From contig NIVC01001666.1 in assembly GCA_002269645.1 (NCBI GenBank), forward strand, positions 62,001 through 126,000: a stretch of 64,000 nt of DNA. The letters are read 5' to 3'. The position numbers were made by a program, and so were the translations under genes. The stretch's first letter is position 1; each line of letters starts with the position of its first letter. The stretch comes from Macrostomum lignano (Eukaryota). This document shows positions 1 to 10,821 of the stretch, piece by piece. A model generated the notes under the pieces. The model was not told where the DNA came from. It was given only the letters and a program-made list of their open reading frames with translations, and did no database searches.

Positions 1-200
1 AAGCCTCACCCTCACCGGTACCCCAACCGGGGAAGCCTCACCGGAACCCCAACCGGGGAAGCCTCACCGTTAGCCCCCACCCAGGGGAAGGTCACCGGAA
101 ACCCCAACACGGGGAAGCCTCACCGGTACCCCAACCGGGGAAGCCTCACCCTCATCGGCAACCCCAACCGGGGAAGCCTCACCGGAAACCCTACCCCAGG
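1..200. repeat. Minisatellite ~27-33 bp (aagcctcaccggaacccccaaccgggg), Mcr intron
   Basis: Tandem copies visible. Confidence 0.9.
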
Positions 201-237
201 AAGCGAACCCCCAGCCGCCTAATTGAAGCCCGCTCAC

Positions 238-3200
238 CTGCACAGCATAAGCATCGTTGGGCCACTCAATCCTGGCCTTGATGATCACTTTTCCAGCTGA
301 ATCTGGCTCCCGGATCAGCGGCTTGACCCGTCTGTTGGCCCAATAGAGATAGTTGTCATCCCTGGCAATGCTCATCAGCAGGTTCATAGCCGTGCTCTTA
401 TCCGAGGAGGAGGAGTCGAAGGTGAGCGCGTAGGCGGTCATGGCCAGACTGAGGGCGTCCTCCGTCATTTTGCTCAGGTGCCGCTTCAGGTACTGAATGG
501 CCGCGGTGGAGACCCGGCTGGCATGCGAGCCCAGACTCATGGGGATGCTCGGGTGCCTGGTTGCGATCACCGCCAGAGCTGTGATGGGGACGCGGCGCAG
601 GTAGACATTGTTAGCCGGGTTCACCGACTTGTCCTTGATGTAGACATTAAAGTACTTCATGTCCCATTGGATATCGTCTGTGAAAGAGCCGGCCAGGCTG
701 GGGTCCACAGCTCCAGTGTCCTGGGTGGCATTCAAGTACAGGATGAACTTCTGGAACAGGTCAGCGTTGATGGCGGTGACTCGGTCCCACTGCGAGAAGG
801 AGGTCTCCGCCAGGGTGAACAGGCCGAACGCCGTCAGGAAAGTGCTCGTCTCCGTGTTGAACCGTTCGGGAAAGTTGGCCATGCCGCCAGTGACGGGGTT
901 GATGTAGAATGAGAGTCTGGACAGCTGCGAGTTCACGTACTCGAGAGCGGAGTTGAGAGTTGCCGCCTCCAGCTGCTTGGTCATGCGCAGGTAGTGCAGC
1001 ATCTGCACGTTCCAGTTGATGTTGAACAGGACGCTCTCGCCGGACCCGATGGGCCGCCAGACGGTGCTGGCCGCGTCTCCGTAGGGCATCTCGTTGCCGA
1101 GGGACGGGCCGACAATGTCTCCGACCACACTGATCTTGGTGTACTTGGAGCCGGGCACGAAACGGCGCCAACGGCGCTCCGGCTCTACGAAGGCCTGCTC
1201 AGGCGTGATGAAGAAGTTCTGGGCGAGCAGCTCGGAGTTGGAGACCAGGTCGAGCAGGATGGGAGTGCTGTAGTTGTTGGGGGCGCCGTTGATCTGCGGG
1301 GGACATTGGAGGGCACCGTTTACTGAATTGGTTGACTACTATTGATAGAAGGTACAGATACTGTAGCTGTGTACGCTCGTACACAGACTACTCATGATTT
1401 TACAGATACAGGTAATGTACCCGCGTACACAGACCACTGTTGATTGTACAGATACAGACACTGTACCTGCGTACAGACTACTCATGATTGTACCAACAGA
1501 TAGTGTACCAGTGTACAAAAAGTGCACTTTGATGCAGAGACAACAAGCCAGACTCACAATGACGGGCACATTAACGGTGGAACACTCTCCGCCATTGAAC
1601 GAGTAGGCGCAGAAGGTGATGGTGGTATTTCCGGTGTTCCTGGGCAGCACAGGGAAGTACAGCATCCGGTGACCACCAGCGGGCAGGAAGACCACCGTGT
1701 GCACGTTCTCGTTGCTGGCCAACTCTGGGGCATAACTGTTCACCTGGCCTCGGTAGCCCACCTTGATGAAGTCGTACTCGGTACTTTTCTTCAGCTCGAT
1801 AATCACCTGGAGTTCGATTGTTTGGCGGAAGCTTAAGCCTTAAGATACGGTGACTATGGAGCTTTTCTTTCTATCTTTCAGATCCCCTATGCACCCAAGG
1901 ATCCCTAACAGCACGGATCCCATGTTTCCCCAAGGATCCCTAACAACCCGGATCCCATATTTCTCCAAGGATCCCTAACAACCCGGATCACAAATATCCC
2001 CAAGGATCCCTACCAACCCGGATCACAAATATCCCCAAGGATCCCTAACAACCCGGATCACAAATATCCCCAAGGATCCCTAACAACCCGGATCCTATAT
2101 ATCCCCAAGGATCCCTAACAACCTAGATTTCTAACAACCCGGATCCCATATTTCTCCAAGGATCCCTAACAACCCGGATCACAAATATCCCTAAGGATCC
2201 CTGACAGCATGGATCCCATATTTCCCCAAGGATCCCTGACAGCATGGATCCCATATTTCCCCAAGGATCCCTAACAACCCGGATCCCATATTTCTCCAAG
2301 GATCCCTAACAACCCGGATCCCATATTTCTCCAAGGATCCCTAACAACCCGGATCGCATATTTCTCCAAGGATCCCTAACAACCCGGATCCCAAATATCC
2401 CCAAGGATCCCTAACAACCCGGATCCCAAATATCCCCAAGAATCCCTAACAACCCGGATCGCATATTTCCCCAAGAATCCCTAACAACCCGGATCCTATA
2501 TATCCCCAAGGATCCCTAACAACCCCGATCCCAAATATCCCCAAGGATCCCTAACAACCCGGATCCCATACTTCTCCAAGGATCCCTAACAACCCGGATC
2601 CCAAATATCCCCAAGGATCCCTAACAACCCGGATCCCAAATCCCCAGACCCAGCACCAGCCCAGGGCAGCTTACCTCAGTCCAGTAGTCGAACCTGTTGA
2701 ACACGGCCACCCGAACTCCAATCTGCTCTCCCCAATAGGCGTACGGCGGCGCTTCCAGCACCATGTAGAACCGTCGGGTGGAAGTGAACCTGGTCGGCAC
2801 GCTCTGCACCTGAACGCCGCGCTCGCCATCGATGGCGATGGCGCCGACCACCCAGGAGGTCTCCAGCTTCGGCGTCACCGCCGGATTGAACGGAACTCGG
2901 CCGTTCATGTTGGCTCTGGAACGGGTGCAGCAAGGCGGAGCCGTGTCTACTGGGACTGTCTACCGTGTCTATTGGGACTGTCTACCGTGTCTACTGGGAC
3001 TGTCTACCGTGTGTACTGGGACTGTCTACCGTGTGTACCGGGACTGTCTACCAGTGTCTACTGGGACTGTCTACCGTGTGTGTCTACTGGGACTGTGTCT
3101 CTCTACAAATAGGTCTACTCTATCTACAGACAATGTCCTGGCTCTCACTTCATATAGACATCCTGCCAAAGCCACAGATCGTCATATATAAAGTGCCGAT

Positions 3201-6200
3201 ATTCGAATTTGAATTTCGGCTCAACGTAGCCGGGCGCGCTAGTCAAGTTGACCCGATCGCAGTTCATCTCGTCCACCCCGGTGTTGCAGTCCAACTTGCC
3301 GTCGCATATGTGCCGATAGCCGTAGCACTCGTCCGGTGAGCCCGCGTAGCACGGGAAAGCTCGGTCTGGGTTCAGCGTCTCGTTGCAGGTGTCTGTACAG
3401 GTGATAATGATTAGATGAAGTATGCCATGTACTTTTCAATGGTTAAAAGTACACCAATTACTAAAGTACACCAAGTACTTTTCAATGGTAAAAAGTACAC
3501 CAATTACTAAAGTACACCAAGTACTTTTCAATGGTAAAAAGTACACCAAGTACTTTTAATGGTTAAAAGTACACTAACTACTTTTTAATGGTTAAAGGTA
3601 CACCAAGTACTTTTCAATATTTAAAAGTACTTTTAAAAGTCTACAAGTGTACCATGTACTTTTCAATGTTTAAAAGTACACAATGTACTTTTAATCTGGG
3701 GTTATTAAAAAACTTACGCCAGAAGGTGACCTTAGTGTAGTTGGAGTCCGTGAACATGATCATGCCGGAGTAGTTCATAGTCTTGTTCGCATCAGGGCCG
3801 TAGGTGGGGCTGGGGAAGTACTGCAACTGCGGCATGTCTGAGGTGTCATCAAACCAAGCGAACTGCAGGGGCTGCTCCGCGTGGGCCTCGTAGGACATCT
3901 GCTCCTGCAGCAGCTGTGGGATGGTACAGCAGGGGCATTGGGATCAGGATTTGACAGGGTTGAGCTTTGAGATTGGGATTTGGGATTTGAGATTGGGAAT
4001 TTGGGATTTCTCGGGGACGGGATTTGGGATTCGGATTTGTGATTAGGTTTGAGACTGGAATTTCGGATTTGAGATTTCGATTAGGGATTCGACAGTGTTG
4101 GGATTTGGAAATTTCAAAAGATTCAATGGGATAATAAAAAATGTAGGCAGGGAGGGATCTTGGGATTTGGATTCAACAATGGGATCAAAGATTGGGATCT
4201 GAGAATTGGAATAATGATTTAAAGGCACAGGTATTATCGATTCTCGGGATTCCATACTCACCGTGTAGGGCTCCAGGATGACCTTGTTGCCATACCGCAG
4301 GTACAGGTCGTACGGGATGGCCGACAGCAGGACAAACGAGCCAACATTGGCGCCGGTGATCCAGCCCGTGACAGATTTACCTGTGAGATCCGAGCCCTGA
4401 GTCACCTGCAGATCCACTGAGTTGATGCTGAGCACGTCGACAAAGAAGGACATGGAGTCCGTGACCAGCTCGCCGTCCTGCTTCATGAAGTAGGCCACGA
4501 TCCGCGCGATGGGCGCTATCTCTCGGGACAGGGCGATGGAGAAGGTGCGAGACTGGACGCCAGCCGGCATGAACAGGATGTCGCTGTGCAGAATGTTGCC
4601 GCCGCCAAGGATTATGTAATAGATTCTGTCCGAGTAGTAGTTAGTCTTGATGTTGAACACCATGTACCGGTCCACCGTGGGTTTCACTGTTGAGGTTGTC
4701 ACCTGCATGTAGGCACCGGATGGAGAGTAGTGCCTGAACAGGAATTGCTCAGCTGTGCGGACATCCTTTGAAGTTGTGGACGAGAGCAGCACCGCGTACA
4801 GGCGGTAGCTCAGGCAGTTCATGGATGTCTCGATGGGGTAGCGGACGACGGAGTCGTCGGGAATGGGGATCGACGCGTCTGTCTTTACCCGCTTGCTGCG
4901 GTCGCAGTAGACCTCCAGGGTGAGCTTCCGGTAGCGGAAGTCCGGCTTCCGGCCGTCTGGTTGAAAAACCCACAGCTGGGAAATTGTTTTGGGGGTGGAT
5001 TTGGGATATTTTGATGCATTGTGAGATCGGGATTCGGGATCACCTACAGTCTGGGATTCGGGATCATCTACAGTTTGGGTTTCGGAATCATCTACAGTTT
5101 GGGATTCGGGATCATCTACAGTTTGGGATTCGGGATCATCTACAGTTTGGGATTCGGGATCATCTACAGTTTGGGATTCGGGATCATCTACAGTTTGGGA
5201 TTCGGGATCATCTACAGTTTGGGATTCGGGATCATCTACAGTTTGGGATTCGGGATCATCTACAGTTTGGGTTTCGGGATCATCTACAGTTTGGGATTCG
5301 GGATCATCTACAGTTTGGGATTCGGGATCATCTACAGTTTGGGATTCGGGATCATCTACAGTTTGGGATTCGGGATCATCTACAGTTTGGGATTCGGGGT
5401 CATCTACAGTTTGGGATTCGGGATCATCTACAGTTTGGGATTCGGGGTCATCTACAGTTTGGGATTCGGGATCATCTACAGTTGGGGATTCGGGATCGCA
5501 CTCTCACCAGGGCGGTGAAGGGGAATCCCGGCTTGAACTGGCGCACGTATCCGCCAAGAAACTTGACCTCCGGGATCTCGCGGAAGATCACTGTGTAGGC
5601 ATAGCTGGTCTGGTTCACCAGAAAGTACCAATCGTACACGAAGGCGTCTGCGCGGACCTCCAGATTGGAGGGCCGGTCGGACAGCTTGAGGCTGCTCGAG
5701 ATCTCCGACATGGTGAATAGAAAGTCGGAGCGCCCGTAGAACTGCGTGCGATTGGGAATTTTTTATTGATTTTTGCCAAATGGCGGCTCACTTCCGGGTG
5801 TCACCCGGAAACTGAGTCTTACGCTATTAGTATTTGTGACTTACCTTTCGAGCAATCTGTTTTACAAAAATTAATTGAAAATCTACCATAAGAATCTCCA
5901 AAATAATTACCCTAGATATCTCACCAGAGATTCTCATAAAAAATCTCACAAATGATATCCTAACCGAAGCATCCAATTCTAGAGATCCGACCAGAAGAAT
6001 CTCAAGCATGAGATCACACCGGAAGAATTTCACCCATGAGATCCCATCGGAAGAATCTCACTAATGAAATGATGAGATCACTGATGAGATCCCACCGGAA
6101 GAATTTCACCCATGAGATCCCACCGGAAGAATCTCACTAATGAAATGATGAGATCACTGATGAGATCCCACCGGAAGAATTTCACCCATGAGATCCCATC

Positions 6201-8746
6201 GGAAGAATCTCACTAATGAAATGATGAGATCACTGATGAGATCCCACCGGAAGAATTTCACCCATGAGATCCCACCGGAAGAATCTCACTAATGAAATGA
6301 TGAGATCACTGATGAGATCCCACCGGAAGAATCTCACCAATGAGATCCCACCGGAAGAATCTCATGAGATCCCACCGGAAGAATCTCATGAGATCCCACC
6401 TAAGAATCTCACCCATGAGATCCCACCAAAAGAATCTCACCCATGAGATCCCACCGGAGACTGGCAACTCACATAGGGAATATCCTTCCACATCACCCCG
6501 ATAGGCGGCGAGTTCTCGGCGGCGCCCCGCTGCCGGAACTCTAGCCGGATGGAGGCGTTGCCAAACACTGGCGCATTGGTGGTGTGGTTGGCCTCCAGGA
6601 TGCCGTAGACACCGAAGGCGAACTCCGACAGCCGCTGCGGCATGGTGATGTTCACCGAGATCATGCTGGTGATGGTGTTGAAGAACACCAAGAAGCTCCG
6701 CTCGGTGACGAAGGCCTCCCTGGTGCAGCGAACCTTCCAGCTGCCGTGGTTGCTGGTGTCCGCCAGCTGGTAGCTCAACTCGATGAAGCCTTTGGCATTG
6801 TTCCTGGGTGATAGCCAGCGCCTAACGGAGACGTTCTTCGAGTCGACCACCTCGATGGAGGTGAAGACGCGATTCTTCACCATCAGGTTGGACTCGTAGG
6901 GGAAGACGCGGAAACGGACAATGTCTCCCATAGCGTAGATGGGCTTGGAGAACTGGATGAAGGCTGAGAACAGTCTGGGCTCGTAGATGATCTCCGTTCG
7001 GTTGTAGAATACCAGGCCGCCCAGAGTCTTCACTGAGCCTTCCACGTGGATGTTGTAGGTTCCAGTTGGCGTGTTCTCCGGGATCTGGCGGTTTGCAACG
7101 GCAGCGGGTACTGTTTGGTTGGTTAATTGTTGCTTTCGGAAGCAGAAAGTATTGCGGGTCAATGGTAACTAGGGTAGCGGCTGCCCACTGAAGGACCCGT
7201 GGATGGCGGCGGCCCACCGAAAGACCCGTGGATGGCGGCAGCCCACTGAAGGACCCGTGGGTGGTAGCGGCCCATTGAAGGACCCGAGGCTGGCAGCGGC
7301 CCATTGAAGGACCCGAGGATGGCAGCGGCCCATTGAAGGACCCGTGGGTGGCGACGGCCCATTGAAGGACCCGCGATTGCAGCGGACCATTGAAGGACCC
7401 GTGGGTGGTAGCGGCCCACTGAAGGACCCGTGGGTGGCGACGGCCCATTGAAGGACCCGAGGATGGCAGCGGCCCATTGAAGGACCCGTGGGTGGCGACG
7501 GCCCATTGAAGGACCCGCGATTGCAGCGGACCATTGAAGGACCCGTGGGTGGTAGCGGCCCACTGAAGGACCCGTGGGTGGCGACGGCCCATTGAAGGAC
7601 CCGTGGGTGGCGACGGCCCATTGAAGGACCCGTGGGTGGCGACGGCCCATTGAAGGACCCGCGATTGCAGCGGACCATTGAAGGACCCGTGGGTGGTAGC
7701 GGCCCACTGAAGGACCCGTGGGTGGCGACGGCCCATTGAAGGACCCGTGGGTGGCGACGGCCCATTGAAGGACCCGTGATTGCAGCGGCCCACTGAAGGA
7801 CCCGTGGGTGGCGACGGCCCATTGAAGGACCGTGATTGCAGCGGCCCATTGAAGGACCCGTGGGTGGCGACGGCCCATTGAAGGACCCGTGATTGCAGCG
7901 GCCCACTGAAGGACCCGTGGGTGGCGACGGCCCATTGAAGGACCGTGATTGCAGCGGCCCACTGAAGGACCCGTGGGTGGCGACGGCCCATTGAAGGACC
8001 GTGATTGCAGCGGCCCACTGAAGGACCCGTGGGTGGCGGCGCCGCAGCCGAAAAACAGCTGTCACTTTTTCTAACTTTTTTCCATCACTCCGAATCCGGA
8101 AAAGGTGGCTGAGCGGTAAGAGTACACTCGGCTGATAGCTGGGACACGTGCCAACAAGAATCGGGGCCATTGGATTCAGTCGGGGTCAACGGCTCGGCTA
8201 GGAGGGGTCACTTCCGGGTTCTTCCGGGTCGAAGTATCACAGTGCCAGAAAAGGTCAAACAGCTGGGGCTTTAAAGGTCATACCCTGACGCGAATCAGGC
8301 GCGAAGCAGCTCGAGTGAATGTCTCTTCAGCGAAGGCGTACTCGGTCTCGGCTACGCCGGAGCCGGGCTCGTTCAGTCGACGCACCGACACGCGAAACGT
8401 GAGACTGTCGTAGAGCATTCGGAACACGGTGGCGCTGACCCGAAACTCCTGCTCAGGTCGGATCTTTCTAGGCACCAGCACTAAATAGGTCCTGCCGAGT
8501 TGATAATATAGTAAATTAGTGAACAGGTATGGTCGATAAACAATTAGTTAAAGTTATAACTGATAAGATAAGAGCCGCCCACCCAACTGCACACGAGCCC
8601 TTATCTCCCTTAATAATTTCTTACGGAGTCGGCGGCAATTCCATACTGGTAGCCGGGACCGCCTGCTGTCCCCCGGCGCCGGCCAGGAGGCAGCAGAATA
8701 TTGTCGATAACAGCAGCAGCGGAACGTCGAAGGATGCCGCGGCCAT
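238..8746 (-). CDS. Mcr: Macroglobulin complement-related protein (Mcr/TEP6-like; alpha-2-macroglobulin/CD109 family), 3' end beyond the left edge of the window
   Basis: Manual GT-AG join with compatible phases: 8746-8625, 8491-8284, 7084-6473, 5741-5508, 4975-4262, 3913-3718, 3392-3149, 2915-2675, 1806-1558, 1293-238. Signal peptide MAAASFDVPLLLLSTIFCCLLAGAGG, then TYLVLVPRKIRP (MG1), FIQFSKPIYAMGDIVRFRV (MG2), an LDLa module, the A2M middle domain and an alpha-barrel with GSGES at the thioester position and STFLTAF. Confidence 0.88.
1885..2640. repeat. Minisatellite ~35 bp (ggatccctaacaacccggatcccatatttccccaa), Mcr intron 8
   Basis: About 20 tandem copies. Confidence 0.95.
2941..3095. repeat. 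Minisatellite 22 bp (gtgtctactgggactgtctacc), Mcr intron 7
   Basis: Tandem copies. Confidence 0.9.
3149..3392 (-). CDS. Mcr exon 7 encoding an LDL-receptor class A module (not visible in the ORF track)
   Basis: Translates as TCNETLNPDRAFPCYAGSPDECYGYRHICDGKLDCNTGVDEMNCDR; the CDGxxDCxxGxDExxC LDLa signature is intact; splice phases 1 and 2 match the neighbouring exons. Confidence 0.9.
3420..3690. repeat. AT-rich degenerate repeat (aaagtacaccaagtacttttcaatgg), Mcr intron 6
   Basis: Tandem copies. Confidence 0.85.
3935..4200. repeat. Degenerate (gggattt)n tract, Mcr intron 5
   Basis: Short-period degenerate repeat. Confidence 0.75.
5028..5497. repeat. Minisatellite 24 bp (gggattcgggatcatctacagttt), Mcr intron 4
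   Basis: About 19 near-identical copies; produces spurious ORFs. Confidence 0.95.
5990..6460. repeat. Compound repeat (gagatcccaccggaagaatctcac...), Mcr intron 3
   Basis: Tandem copies with higher-order units. Confidence 0.9.
7175..8035. repeat. Minisatellite 29 bp (ggcccattgaaggacccgtgggtggcgac), Mcr intron 2
   Basis: About 30 copies. Confidence 0.95.
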
Positions 8747-8834
8747 GGCTTGGAACAGGCAAGAGGGGAGGGAGGGAGTCGCAGTGGAGAAAGCCCTATT
8801 CTTTGCGCTGGAACTGTTGGCGGGGCCTTGTAAA

Positions 8835-9212
8835 CTGGAGGGGAGGAAGGCACGGAGGGGTGGGGGTTCGTTTGGGGGGTTAGAAATTTTACGGGTTTCT
8901 TTCTCGCTCGTGCGCGCGCGTGGAACGGGTGAAAAACCCCCAAACCCCACCCCACAGCCCCGCCACCCCGGGCCGTTGAGCGTGCGGTCCACGCGAGTGG
9001 AGGGGGTTGGGGTGGCTCACTAATATATTGAGTATAGAGCCAGCCACTCCCTGAAAAAGGACAGGACTCTCTCTCAGGAGGCCGGGTGAGTCAGCCCTGG
9101 AAAGAGAGTACAGATAGGTAGTTCTACCTCAGATCAACAAACAGCACCGTGAGCCTTGGGGGGGAGGTTGGGGTAAGAAGACCGCACCGGATCAGGTCGT
9201 CTTAGTTCTTAC
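8835..9212 (-). other. Probable 5'-UTR intron of Mcr
   Basis: Minus-strand donor AAG|GTAAGA at 9212; CTAAC branch-like motif, pyrimidine tract and CAG acceptor at 8835-8837, upstream of the ATG at 8746. Confidence 0.45.
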
Positions 9213-9834
9213 CTTTTGTTCGCTTTCTCGCTTTCCCGTCCTCCGCGTGCGGATAGAGGCAGAACTGGAACCGGCCAGAGCTGACAGAAAGAGCGCGGAC
9301 GAAGGCAGACAGCAACCCCGCCTGTACCTACCTCCCAAACTCAATCCAAATTGGGAGGTGAAAGACGAATATGCATTAGAATAGAATGAGCTCACTCTTC
9401 AGGACCAATAGCAAGACGAACGAGTCTTTTCCGCGTTTGGAAATTTGCGCATACAGGCAAGGGGTTATATAGCTAATATTAGACAACTCTGAATGCCAGA
9501 ATAACATATATTTCTGTAGACTACGCGATATATGAGATACGAAGGACGACCCACACTTTCTTACAGGCTTAAGCTCGTTTTGTTCACTGTGCAGTTTCTA
9601 TTGAGCGCTGTTTATTCATTTGAGTCGGGTGTATGTAATGACAAGCGCAGATGAGCTGCGACTACAGATAAACAACTAGTGAGCAAAATAGTCGGTACAA
9701 TTGTGAGTTTAAACTGAACTCTCAGTAGGAATAGAATTCGAATCACGCTTAGATTCGATTTGTTTTTCCTTTCCAATGGATTTCCGAATTGCTGTGCGAA
9801 CGTATTTGTCTTAATAGACACCCAATAAAGATGA

Positions 9835-10372
9835 ACTGAACTGTGGGTCTGGGATGCTGGAGGAGTGAACTGGGATCTGCGCTGCCGGAGCGAACTGGGA
9901 TCTGGGATGCCGGAGGAGTGAACTGGGATCTGGGATGACGGAGCGAACTTGGATCTGGGATGCTGGAGGAGTGAACTGGGATCTGGGATGATGCAGGAGT
10001 GAACTGGGATCTGGTATGCTGGAGGAGTGAACTGGGATCTGGGATCATGCAGGAGTGAACTGGGATCTGGGATGCTGGAGGAGTGAACTGGGATCTGGGA
10101 TCATGCAGGAGTGAACTGGGATCTGGGATCATGCAGGAGTGAACTGGGATCTGGTATGCTGGAGGAGTGAACTGGGATCTGGGATGCTGAAGAAGTGAAC
10201 TGGGATGCTGGAGGAGTGAATTGGGATCTGGGATGCTGGAGGAGTGAACTGGGATCTGGGATGCTGGAGGAGTGAACTGGGATCTGGGATGATGCAGGAG
10301 TGAACTGGGATCTGGGATGATGCAGGAGTGAACTGGGATCTGGGATGCTGGAGGAGTGAACTTGGATCTGGA
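9835..10372. repeat. Minisatellite 28 bp (gggatctgggatgctggaggagtgaact) between eIF5 and Mcr
   Basis: Tandem copies. Confidence 0.95.
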
Positions 10373-10821
10373 AACTTTGTTGCAGCAAAAAATAAACATT
10401 TGAAAAACCAAAGGTAAATTTTTGCAGAAGTTTGCTAAAATATCTGCATTTTTTTCAAAGAAAATGATTTATTTTTTATCGAATGAGGTGAAAAAAATTG
10501 ACGTCGGCTTTGTTGTATTTTAATTCTTAAAAGAAAATTTGCGCGCGAATTTAAAATTGATTCCTTTAAGATTTAACTAGCAATGCTAATAAACAAAAAA
10601 AGTAGTATTTAGTGAGTTTTTGTTGTGTTTTTAGTAAAGGAAAACCTGAATAAATAATAGAAATGATTGATAGCTTCTAAATATACGAGTCGGTTAAATA
10701 ACAAGAGACCAAAGCCGTTCTAAATTCAAAAAGACGCGATAGACAAAGATAAATATAAATATGGCTTGTATTGTTTAGCAGATGTTTGTTTTAATTTATC
10801 AATCCAATCAGTGCATCAGTG

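Noticed and set aside
4984-5598. Long periodic ORFs (also 6822-8170, 9749-10411, 11557-12336, 24352-24837, 32503-33174, 39926-40486, 54462-56661, 59492-60587)
   Set aside because: All coincide with intronic or intergenic minisatellites whose units lack stops; no domain content.
6060-6320. ATGATGA...CTGA motifs in the Mcr intron 3 repeat
   Set aside because: Antisense to the host, boxes only 6 nt apart, and part of a tandem repeat; not a snoRNA.
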